Shown one piece after another: positions 25,101 to 31,210 of a stretch of DNA of 32,000 nucleotides. The stretch's first letter is position 1. Each line of letters opens with the position of its first letter. The position numbers and the translations under genes were made by a program. The DNA is taken from positions 1,710,001-1,742,000 of the forward strand of contig NZ_CP089977.1 of the NCBI RefSeq assembly GCF_025643275.1, in the 5' to 3' direction. This stretch comes from Moraxella nasicaprae. Lineage in GTDB: Bacteria > Pseudomonadota > Gammaproteobacteria > Pseudomonadales > Moraxellaceae. The notes below the pieces were generated by a model. The model saw nothing but the letters and a program-made list of their open reading frames with translations. It was not told the origin of the DNA and searched no databases.

Positions 25101-26174
25101 CATTTTGGCAGCAGATGTATCGTTGATATTTGCCGCTTCTTGGCTCATTGAGCCTGCGTATTTTGACGCATCGCCCATCGCCTGCAAATGCTTACCGAGT
25201 GTATCAGTGCCGTTAATCAGCTGTGAGATGACAGCGATAGACTCACTGCCAAAGATATCGTTAATTGTAGCGGCTTGTGCTTCTTCGGGTAGCTTTTTGA
25301 TGGCTTCAAAGACTTTGTTAATCGTGCCAATGCTGTCTGTCTGCATACCTTTGGCAATCTCGGTATAAGACAAGCCAAGGTCGTCAAATGCGGCTTTGGC
25401 AGATTTTGACAGACTTTCGCCCTTGACCAATTGCAGCATCATGTTTTTTAGACCAGTGGCTGCCACATCTGGCTCAACTGATGTCAAGCTTGCCGCCATT
25501 GCTGCGATTTGGTCAGCTGATACGCCGGCAATCTCACCAAGCGGACCGATACGCTGTACCACTTCCATGATTTTGGCGGCAGCGTTGGGTGAGTTGTTGC
25601 CAAGATAGTTAATTTTGTCCGCCAGTGTTTCAACTTCTGCCTGCGACATTTTAAAAGCAGTACGCATTTCTGCCATTGCCTGCCCCGCTTCTTCGGCAGT
25701 AATGTCAAATGCCGTGCCCATTTTTGCAGCAGCTTCGGTGAATTTGACGATTTCGTTAGCGGCAATGCCTGACTGACCAGCTGCAGCAGCGATTTTGGCA
25801 AGTCCATCAAAGGCAATAGGCACTCGAGTGGATAACTCTTCGAGCTCAGCACGCATCTGTTTGATGCCGTCTGGTGACTCAAAATTAACCACTTTTTTGA
25901 CCTCAGCCATTGCTGATTCAAATTTCATTGCTTCATCGGTGGTCGCCTTAATACCTGCACCGATTGCCACCAAACCGACAGCAGACGCTGCACCGATGGC
26001 TTGCATGGCATCAAATGCACCTTGATGGCGTTTTTGAAAACTCTCCATTTTGGCGTGGATTTTGTCCGTTTGCTTGGCAAAGGCATTGAGTCCATCTTGA
26101 GCTTTTCGCAAGCCACGATCAAATGCCGTCGTGGTCGCTTCAAGCACAATTTGTAATTTTGATACGGTTGACAT
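22191..26174 (-). CDS. phage tail tape measure protein
   Basis: 1327 aa. The N-terminal core is TMP-like (AMKFESAMAEVKKVV...IAAAAGQSGIAANEIVKFTEAAAKMGTAFDI). A hydrophobic block spans residues ~403-475. A Trp-punctuated Ala/Ser/Val repeat array spans ~476-720. A long coiled coil follows, and the C-terminus is lambda-H-like (HDGIMSVPKSGTWNLEKGERVLP). Confidence 0.92.
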   Translation of the reverse strand: MSTVSKLQIVLEATTTAFDRGLRKAQDGLNAFAKQTDKIHAKMESFQKRHQGAFDAMQAIGAASAVGLVAIGAGIKATTDEAMKFESAMAEVKKVVNFESPDGIKQMRAELEELSTRVPIAFDGLAKIAAAAGQSGIAANEIVKFTEAAAKMGTAFDITAEEAGQAMAEMRTAFKMSQAEVETLADKINYLGNNSPNAAAKIMEVVQRIGPLGEIAGVSADQIAAMAASLTSVEPDVAATGLKNMMLQLVKGESLSKSAKAAFDDLGLSYTEIAKGMQTDSIGTINKVFEAIKKLPEEAQAATINDIFGSESIAVISQLINGTDTLGKHLQAMGDASKYAGSMSQEAANINDTSAAKMEMFKNATQNAKAAIGDAFLPALGALAEALLPVINGIKQFAQENPTMVTAITGIVGGVLVLGTALGAIGLAVPLVTTALGGLTAIAGLVGTAIGAISLPVVAVVAAIAALVVAGVWLYNNWDMVKAKAIEVWNAIPEYASQAWQWIQGVWSGIGEWFGGIWESVKSAVSTAIDGVKQAFFGWLSGMPAPVQEMVANIGSIFSGIATIASTAWAGITAVAKTAFSAVVAVWQGLSSAVSSAWQGIVSVATSVWNSVKSAVASAINAIKPIITSVASFFSSAWNGLVSVAQSVWNGVKAAVSAGINGAKAVLTAGVTGFAIIFNAGFNAVKTVVSTIFNAIKALVRGDINGVKTAIQSGLSQLGGIARNAMGQMVSAITSIGGRLRQAGTEIVQGLINGISSKIEGAVAKVREMASRMKNAVTSFFDINSPSRVMKQIGEWVSEGMAIGIAYKAPMAADEAKKMAENTKKAVESEMESLSRSIFITQQKIAGNPFAELTTDIAFGKYQGQDTAQLLALKEEEQRLGGILSMIDNLRKLKQDIALVGKSNIEIMEWEYENTDKYLAITREVFDTYKNANIALANRQFVENDIKKVINERSAIGKNEIDLLKHKLATEKEYLHITQTLKDGLVEQAQLKLFETKQAEAQLELAKKLYMLKNASDPLAEKKWQLSQSGMSPEQQQALLDIENQGMIADKFGKLQEGLKAGKAFTLPTFSGTGLEGAGNALASGISGMASLDKQYQEQLDIIRQARQAQLDINADYDKQEYDLKAAHEAAKRELTLSSAEGIASGLAGATKSMFGEQSKVYRAMFAVEKGVAIARSIMAIQQAIAFAAANPFPMNIGAMASVAAQTASIISNIRAVKNPVVGQAHDGIMSVPKSGTWNLEKGERVLPKHTAKALDDKLASMGNGKAINVIIHNHTGEKVQQTTDSNGDIRIIVGQELARQLPQQVNDPYSGFNKALKNNYNLERKL

Positions 26175-26185
26175 TCTGACAGCTC

Positions 26186-26214
26186 ATAAAAAAGCCCCTG
26201 CGATTGCAAGGGCT
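26186..26214 (-). terminator. Rho-independent terminator of the secreted-protein moron, 12 nt upstream of the tape measure start
   Basis: The minus strand reads AGCCCTTGC-aatc-GCAGGGGCT (9-bp stem with one G.U pair), followed by tttttat. The plus-strand A-run is at 26188-26192. Confidence 0.6.
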
Positions 26215-26229
26215 TGTGTTTGGGGTGGG

Positions 26230-27015
26230 TTATTTGGCAGGGAAGGGGTAGTTGCGATACACCGTCAATCTGCCTTGTGGTTTATTGATTTCGATGGCGG
26301 CGGTCGACAGCTTCATAGCACCTTTGCCAGCTTTGGCATAAATGAAAAAATGTTCGGCGGTTTTGAGTTCATCATAATCATAAACAGTCAAATCATGTAC
26401 AATTGGCTTTAATTCGCCATTAGCGACACGATAAGCAATCACGGTACCAGTATTGACACTCATTTCAGATAGCTTTTCACCTGCTTTTAGCGGTGGCGTG
26501 TAATTAAATGGGCCATAAAATTCCATACTCTCAAGATTAAAGCTGACACTATAAGAATAAGGATCCATTTTAAGATTTGGATACATATAGCCACTTTGAT
26601 TTAGCAAAGGGATTTCAGGATTTTTGCCGTTTAAATGTTCAAGAATCTTGTCAAAATCGTTCGCTTTGATTTCGATACGGTCTTTGGTGCTGTTAATGCT
26701 GACACCGTCTTGGCTGTATTTATAGATCGTGCTATCAAATGTGCCACTTTGGGCAGGTTTGGGAAATTCGGCTGTCTTTTTCCAATTTGTGTACAATACC
26801 AAATGATCATTATATGCATCAAACTGATAGTTTAAATCTAATAATGGCTTGGACCAGTCAGTGCGAGATGGTCCATTACCATATGGCGATTTTAATGATG
26901 AAATCAAACTATTGATACTGTCATCTATATCGGTCGTGATGGCGGTAACGGTGCTGCCGGCATAGGCTGACGCTGTCAATGATGCCAGTAATGCAAAAAT
27001 AACTTGTCGTTTCAC
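26230..27015 (-). CDS. secreted protein of unknown function (moron between the GT chaperone and tape measure genes)
   Basis: The GTG start at 27015 has aaaggag 7 nt upstream. The signal peptide is MKRQVIFALLASLTASAYA|GS (SPase I type, no lipobox). The 261-aa product belongs to no family I recognise. The gene has its own terminator. Confidence 0.7.
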   Translation of the reverse strand: MKRQVIFALLASLTASAYAGSTVTAITTDIDDSINSLISSLKSPYGNGPSRTDWSKPLLDLNYQFDAYNDHLVLYTNWKKTAEFPKPAQSGTFDSTIYKYSQDGVSINSTKDRIEIKANDFDKILEHLNGKNPEIPLLNQSGYMYPNLKMDPYSYSVSFNLESMEFYGPFNYTPPLKAGEKLSEMSVNTGTVIAYRVANGELKPIVHDLTVYDYDELKTAEHFFIYAKAGKGAMKLSTAAIEINKPQGRLTVYRNYPFPAK

Positions 27016-27054
27016 AATAGGACTCCTTTTTTAAGGTAGCCCTATTGTATCCAA

Positions 27055-27414
27055 TCAATCGTTGTGTCGCAATGATTTTGAGTTGAACATCGCGATCATC
27101 GCCGCTACTTCAGCTTTTGCTTCAGCTTTGGCTTTTTCGGCTTGAATACGCTCACGCTCTTCATTGGTCATTGGATTTGGGTCAAACAAGATAAAATCAT
27201 CAATTGATTTATCTTTATCGCCAGCTTGCAGGTAGGCAAGCATGGCAAAATTGGCATCGGTGCGATAACCGCCAATCGGGTCAATGGCATCATACGCTTG
27301 CCATTCGGTCAGCTCCTCCACCGTAAGCACTCGTTCAAGCTCGCCCACCGTCTTACCCAGATGGGCGGCAAGTTTAAACAAAAAACGGCGGTCAGCATCG
27401 GCAATTAGTTTTTT
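27055..27414 (-). CDS. gpT-like extension, expressed as a G-T fusion by -1 frameshift
   Basis: The ORF 27055..27381 frame is -1 relative to G and is open back through the slippery site (…KLIADADRRFLFKLAAHLGKTVGELERVLTVEELTEWQAY). There is no convincing independent SD, and the track start is a TTG. Confidence 0.65.
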   Translation of the reverse strand, partial: KKLIADADRRFLFKLAAHLGKTVGELERVLTVEELTEWQAYDAIDPIGGYRTDANFAMLAYLQAGDKDKSIDDFILFDPNPMTNEERERIQAEKAKAEAKAEVAAMIAMFNSKSLRHND

Positions 27415-27728
27415 TTGGCATCTTCCACATTAAAGCCGTTCGCCTCACTGATGGCACTCGCTAGTTTGGCAAGCTGATCGGCACTCATTTTGCCAAGCTC
27501 GCTCACTTCTTTATCGCTAAATAGGCGTTTGCCATCTTCATCACACAGCGAAAATGCGACCATGTGCAAAGTGGCATTCACACCATCATCTTGTAGCTTG
27601 GCAAGCTCTGATTGTTCTTTGACGGTCAGTTTTTTAATCAAAACTTCACCAAAGCCATCAATGGTGGTGTTGGTTGGTTTTTCGCCACCGATGATGGCAA
27701 GCAGGTCTTGTTTGGTTAATGCGGTCAT
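27405..27728 (-). CDS. tail assembly chaperone (gpG analogue)
   Basis: 107-aa acidic protein located between the major tail and tape measure genes. It ends ...VEDAKKN* inside an A8 run. Confidence 0.75.
   Translation of the reverse strand: MTALTKQDLLAIIGGEKPTNTTIDGFGEVLIKKLTVKEQSELAKLQDDGVNATLHMVAFSLCDEDGKRLFSDKEVSELGKMSADQLAKLASAISEANGFNVEDAKKN
27408..27414 (-). promoter_or_regulatory. programmed -1 ribosomal frameshift heptamer A_AAA_AAC
   Basis: The minus strand reads GCC AAA AAA AAC TAA in the G frame. The X_XXY_YYZ heptamer A AAA AAC lies one codon before the G stop, and the -1 frame continues into the T ORF without stops. Confidence 0.6.
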
Positions 27729-27790
27729 AATTTTTCCTTTTTTTTAAAACAAAAGCCCATCAATAGGATGGGCTTGGGTAGTAAGTTGAT

Positions 27791-28225
27791 TTAGACGGTC
27801 AATTCTTTTTTGACATCGCCTGTGATGGTGATTTTGCCTTTTTTGCGAAGTTTCTTTTTGGTGTCTTCGCCGTCGGTGGTTAGCTCAGCAATCATGCCTT
27901 TAAACTCACGACTCTCTGCGGGTGCTTCCACGAATTTATACTGAAAATACAGCTCTTTACCAGTATCAAAGCCTGTCTGTAACAGCTGATGTGTCTCGTC
28001 ATCAGGCAGTAGTACATATTCAAACTCAATCTCGGACTCTTCTTTAAAATCTACGGCCGCTTTGACTGTACGGCGGTCATCGGTGGCGGTGATGTCGTCT
28101 AGCACTTTGGCTTCGTTGGGCGGTGCTGCCTTGGTTAGACGGTTCACTTTTTTAAAAGTGCCTGATTCGCCCGTTTCAGACACCCACAGCTGATAAAAGC
28201 TGTCTTTGGTATTTTCTGCTGACAT
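27791..28225 (-). CDS. major tail (tube) protein
   Basis: 144 aa, positioned between the tail-completion gene and the G/GT chaperones. The SD is a strong AGGAG. The composition is beta-rich. Confidence 0.7.
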   Translation of the reverse strand: MSAENTKDSFYQLWVSETGESGTFKKVNRLTKAAPPNEAKVLDDITATDDRRTVKAAVDFKEESEIEFEYVLLPDDETHQLLQTGFDTGKELYFQYKFVEAPAESREFKGMIAELTTDGEDTKKKLRKKGKITITGDVKKELTV

Positions 28226-28334
28226 TTTTTGCTCCTGTCAGTTGGTTGTGATAAAATGGTGGATAAGTCTAACGACTGTCTTTAAATTTCTACTATTGTA
28301 GATTGCTGACATATTATCCTCCTGTCAGTTGGTT
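28217..28334. repeat. 31-nt direct repeat (two copies, 87 nt apart) duplicating the SD and first 3 codons of the major tail gene
   Basis: 28217-28247 and 28304-28334 both read (minus strand) AACCAACTGACAGGAG-N6-ATGTCAGCA. They differ only in the 6-nt spacer (caaaaa versus gataat). Confidence 0.7.
28238..28312 (-). CDS. 24-codon upstream ORF created by duplication of the major-tail translation start
   Basis: AGGAG-gataat-ATG TCA GCA ... gives MSAIYNSRNLKTVVRLIHHFITTN*. Its TGA lies inside AACCAACTGACAGGAG, the SD region of the major tail gene. Whether it is translated is unknown. Confidence 0.3.
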   Translation of the reverse strand: MSAIYNSRNLKTVVRLIHHFITTN

Positions 28335-28347
28335 AGTAGTAAAAAAA

Positions 28348-28698
28348 TTAAGCTGGCAAAGTCTGCCAAAATTCATATTCAATCAGCCCACGCCACAGCC
28401 CATCATCGTGGTGGTAAGTCGTTCCGCCATAGATGGACGGAGTAATACTATCCAATCGTTTGACCACATCAGCAGATAAGCTGATGGTATCATCATAATT
28501 TTTGGTATAAACATCAATCTGTACACGCACCCACTCATGACCTGTGATGCCATCTAGGGTATTGTCTGGCAGGTTTGAGATGATACTGTACACAAGATAG
28601 GGTGGGGGCGATTTTTCAGTTTCGGGGACAAAGAGCGGATAGCACCGCCCACCCACCAAATCAGATAAAAGGCTGTAAATGCGTTCACTGGCGGTCAT
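28348..28698 (-). CDS. tail completion / tail terminator-type protein (DUF3168-like)
   Basis: 116 aa. MTASERIYSLLSDLVGGRCYPLFVPE...PPYLVYSIIS...VRVQIDVY resembles DUF3168 proteins. It lies just upstream of the major tail gene. Confidence 0.55.
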   Translation of the reverse strand: MTASERIYSLLSDLVGGRCYPLFVPETEKSPPPYLVYSIISNLPDNTLDGITGHEWVRVQIDVYTKNYDDTISLSADVVKRLDSITPSIYGGTTYHHDDGLWRGLIEYEFWQTLPA

Positions 28699-28726
28699 GA
28701 CTTAATGCTCCCATCTTAAAGGCTGA

Positions 28727-28755
28727 TTGACAAAATATAACCTAAAACTTATAAT
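28727..28755 (+). promoter_or_regulatory. consensus sigma70 promoter of the toxin-antitoxin pair
   Basis: TTGACA (28727-28732), exactly 17 nt of spacer, then TATAAT (28750-28755), 24 nt upstream of the toxin ATG. Confidence 0.75.
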
Positions 28756-28779
28756 AAATAAAAAACAACGAGATCGCCC

Positions 28780-29124
28780 ATGTGGAATGTTATCTATAGC
28801 CCCAATTTTAGTAGTTGGCTACAAAGCCTTGATGACGACGAGCAAGACAGTGTCTATCATGGCATTGACTTGCTAGAGCAATTAGGTCCGCACTTAGGCA
28901 GACCTAATGCCGACACCATCAAAGGTAGCCAGCTTAGTAATCTAAAAGAGCTACGCATTCAGCATGATGGCAAGCCATACCGTGCTTTTTATGTCTTTGA
29001 CCCCATCCGTCAAGCCGTCATGCTGTGCGGTGGCGATAAGACAGGCGATAAGCGTTTTTATAAAAAGATGATACCGCTTGCCGAGTCCATCTATGCTGAC
29101 TATTTACAGGAGAATGACCTATGA
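28780..29124 (+). CDS. RelE/ParE-superfamily toxin, HigB/Gp49-like
   Basis: 114 aa. The motif LKELRIQHDGKPYRAFYVFDPIRQAVMLCGGDKTGDKRFYKKMIPLAESIYADYL matches the ...ELR...YR.fY.FDP.R.AilL.gGDKsG...FY...I..Ad..y..yl toxin pattern. The toxin-first order and ATGA overlap with an XRE gene fit a HigBA-type pair. Confidence 0.8.
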   Translation: MWNVIYSPNFSSWLQSLDDDEQDSVYHGIDLLEQLGPHLGRPNADTIKGSQLSNLKELRIQHDGKPYRAFYVFDPIRQAVMLCGGDKTGDKRFYKKMIPLAESIYADYLQENDL

Positions 29125-29426
29125 AAAAGTACACCACACACCGTGAGATGATGGCAAGCCTTGACCCTGCTCGCCGTGCCCGTATCGAAGAGCGTACCAA
29201 AAACGCCTTGATTGCTATTCGCCTAGCCGAGCTTCGTAAAGACGCCAACCTGTCTCAAAAAGAGCTGGCGGATAAAATCGGTGTCTCACAATCTGCCATC
29301 TCGCAGCTAGAAAACAGCGACAATGTCATCCAACTTGACACGCTGACCAAATATGTCAATGCCCTAGGTGGCAAGCTGCATCTGTCGGTAGAGCTGCCAA
29401 GCGGGCAGGCGGTACAGTTGAGCTGA
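29121..29426 (+). CDS. XRE-family HTH antitoxin (HigA-like)
   Basis: 101 aa with an HTH (LSQKELADKIGVSQSAISQLEN). The start is coupled to the toxin stop. Confidence 0.85.
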   Translation: MKKYTTHREMMASLDPARRARIEERTKNALIAIRLAELRKDANLSQKELADKIGVSQSAISQLENSDNVIQLDTLTKYVNALGGKLHLSVELPSGQAVQLS

Positions 29427-29442
29427 GTTTTTTGATTGGGAA

Positions 29443-29474
29443 ATAAAAAACCGCCCATCGTCAGATAAGCGGTT
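29443..29474 (-). terminator. Rho-independent terminator of the PH+SHOCT gene
   Basis: The minus strand reads AACCGC-ttatctgacgatgg-GCGGTT, followed by ttttatttc. Confidence 0.6.
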
Positions 29475-29544
29475 ACATAGTTTTGGATTATGGGAAAATG
29501 ATAGCGAGAACTATCCTATTTTGTCAAGGGTCAGTTGATTAGCC

Positions 29545-30092
29545 TTATAGCCCCAAAATTCGTGCTTTTTGAGCAACAAATTCATCATCGGTCAAAATAC
29601 CTTTTTCTTTTAGTATTGCCAAGCATTCCAACTGCACAATAATTTCATCATCTTTTGCCGAGGCTTGCCTTGTTTCTTGCGGTGTCTCGCTCGGTTTTTC
29701 TTGTTTGGCGTCACCTGAAATTTTGGAGCGTACATATTCGGCAAAAATACGCACAAAATTTTTGTCCACATTGCCAATCTCTGCACGGTTGCCCGATGCA
29801 AAAATTGTCAATTTACCAAGCAGTATCCCAGTTTCGTATTGGATAGATGAAATGCTTTTAAGTGGAAAATCCTCCACTTTTAAGCTAATCAAGCCTTTAT
29901 GAACAAAAATTAGACGAGAATTGGTACAAACTAGAATTCCATTACCGTTTTTGTAAAGCCCTTGTATTGCCATTTCGGGCAATTCGTTTTCCCAAAGGAT
30001 ATTTGGTAATTCTTTAATTTCTTTTTTGCCTAAAAATTAATACCCAAATCTTTGTTCTCTAAGGCTTTCTCAACTTCTTCTAGTGATGGCAT
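29545..30092 (-). pseudogene. bacterial PH-domain + SHOCT-domain protein, N-terminus detached by a 1-nt frameshift
   Basis: GGAG lies 8 nt before ATG 30092 and gives MPSLEEVEKALENKDLGINF*, with TAG at 30032-30030. The main frame (29545..29982, open back to 30036) continues as (F)LGKKEIKELPNILWENELPEMAIQGLYKNGNGILVCTNSRLIFV.... The C-terminus EIIVQLECLAILKEKGILTDDEFVAQKARILGL is SHOCT-like. The frames swap within a T5 run (plus-strand a5, 30032-30036). Confidence 0.6.
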
Positions 30093-30123
30093 TTTAAATA
30101 CTCCTACAAAAAAAGTAACCATC

Positions 30124-30152
30124 ATCATACACAATCAGCAACAAAATAGCAA
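30124..30152 (-). promoter_or_regulatory. candidate promoter of the PH+SHOCT moron
   Basis: The minus strand reads TTGCTA (30152-30147), a 17-nt spacer, then TATGAT (30129-30124). Confidence 0.45.
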
Positions 30153-30155
30153 TGA

Positions 30156-30581
30156 TTAGCCCATAATTTTATCAATCCGCTCCCCCAATTTCTGGGCAAA
30201 GCGGCTTTCGGCATTACTTACATTGCCATCAAAAGCAGGGCGAATAAAGGGGATTGGCGGTCGCCCCCTTGCTCCATACTCTTCATGAAAGATGTAATAA
30301 TAAGCATTTTGGCGGCTTTTGCGGCTGCCTTGAATTGCAACATAGATGGCGATTGCCGCACCGTCAATATTGGCAGAGTCGCCCTTTGTTAGTCTGCGAC
30401 GCTTGATATTGGTTTTGATTACACCCGTTAAAAAAGGGGCGTTGTTCTTAGCCTGTTGCCACATCGGTGTACTGGCGAACATCAAGGACGAATACAGCAC
30501 ACCGCCTGCGTCTTTGTTGCCGATTTCGTCTCGTAAGCGGTGTAGTTTGGCGTTCAGCTCGCTAAGTCCTTCAATTTTCAT
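30156..30581 (-). CDS. HK97 gp10-family head-tail joining protein
   Basis: 141 aa. MKIEGLSELNAKLHRL...APFLTGVIKTNI...PFIRPAF resembles the HK97-gp10 family. It follows the head-closure gene. Confidence 0.65.
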   Translation of the reverse strand: MKIEGLSELNAKLHRLRDEIGNKDAGGVLYSSLMFASTPMWQQAKNNAPFLTGVIKTNIKRRRLTKGDSANIDGAAIAIYVAIQGSRKSRQNAYYYIFHEEYGARGRPPIPFIRPAFDGNVSNAESRFAQKLGERIDKIMG

Positions 30582-30906
30582 TGCTGACTGCCTTTAACAT
30601 TAAGGTCAAATATTCCTTGCCACTCCCATTATCCGCCATCGGCTCGCCCACGATTTCATACATTCGCCCACCATATTGCACTCGCATTGTGCCATCAATA
30701 TCATTACGATAACGGATTTTTGCCCGTGCCGTGATTTGGCTGTCTTGGGTTTGTCCTGCAATAATATCTTTGACCGATAAGGGCGTAAACTGCCCCCAAA
30801 GCGTCAAAATATGTAGCCAATGCCCTGTTTGTACCGCTCCTGTGGCGGTGCGTTTGGTAACGGGCTGGTAGAGTTTTAGGCGGTGGCGAAGTGGCGTGGC
30901 TTTCAT
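30571..30906 (-). CDS. head closure / head-tail adaptor protein
   Basis: 111 aa. LRHRLKLYQP...WGQFTPLSVKD...ITARAKIRYRNDI...YEIVGEP is typical of the SPP1 gp16/HK97 gp9-type family. Confidence 0.65.
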   Translation of the reverse strand: MKATPLRHRLKLYQPVTKRTATGAVQTGHWLHILTLWGQFTPLSVKDIIAGQTQDSQITARAKIRYRNDIDGTMRVQYGGRMYEIVGEPMADNGSGKEYLTLMLKAVSNEN

Positions 30907-30922
30907 GACTGTCTCTTAGTTT

Positions 30923-31210
30923 CTAAAAAGTGGGGGTGCGATAAGGGCTTAGTAATTGACGAACGGGGGCGGGTAAAAAGTTGCCAAATTCTGCCCCATT
31001 CTCGCTGTTTCTATTGTCATCAAGATAGCCTACCATGAGTAAGGTGGCGGTTTTTAGGCTTGGTAACATCTCATCGTTAATCTCGTCTGTGATGTAGTTT
31101 TTAACGGCATTTTCAGCAGTTTGCAGATAAATTGCCAAGATTGTGTCGTTACTGTCATCGTCATAACGCAGATGGTGTTTGACTTCATCAAGCGTGGCAA
31201 ACTCTGTCAT
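30923..31210 (-). CDS. gp6-like head-tail connector (DNA-packaging QLRG-type) protein
   Basis: 95 aa. TLDEVKHHLRYDDDSNDTILAIYLQTAENAVKNYI...ATLLMVGYLDDNR follows the classic gp6-like pattern. Its ATG overlaps the portal TGA (ATGA at 31207-31210). Confidence 0.7.
   Translation of the reverse strand: MTEFATLDEVKHHLRYDDDSNDTILAIYLQTAENAVKNYITDEINDEMLPSLKTATLLMVGYLDDNRNSENGAEFGNFLPAPVRQLLSPYRTPTF

Noticed and set aside
23998-25368. Long plus-strand ORFs (80-222 aa) inside the tape measure gene, plus similar ORFs at 22643-26412
   Set aside because: They lie antisense or out of frame to a 1327-aa gene with clear TMP motifs. Their Ala/Thr/Pro/Cys-rich, low-complexity translations are what the GCN/repeat codon bias of the TMP repeat array produces. 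No SDs are present.
28217-28334. Possible CRISPR-like or tandem array from the 31-nt direct repeat
   Set aside because: Only two copies exist. The repeat is the SD plus the first codons of the adjacent gene. No cas genes or further repeats are present.
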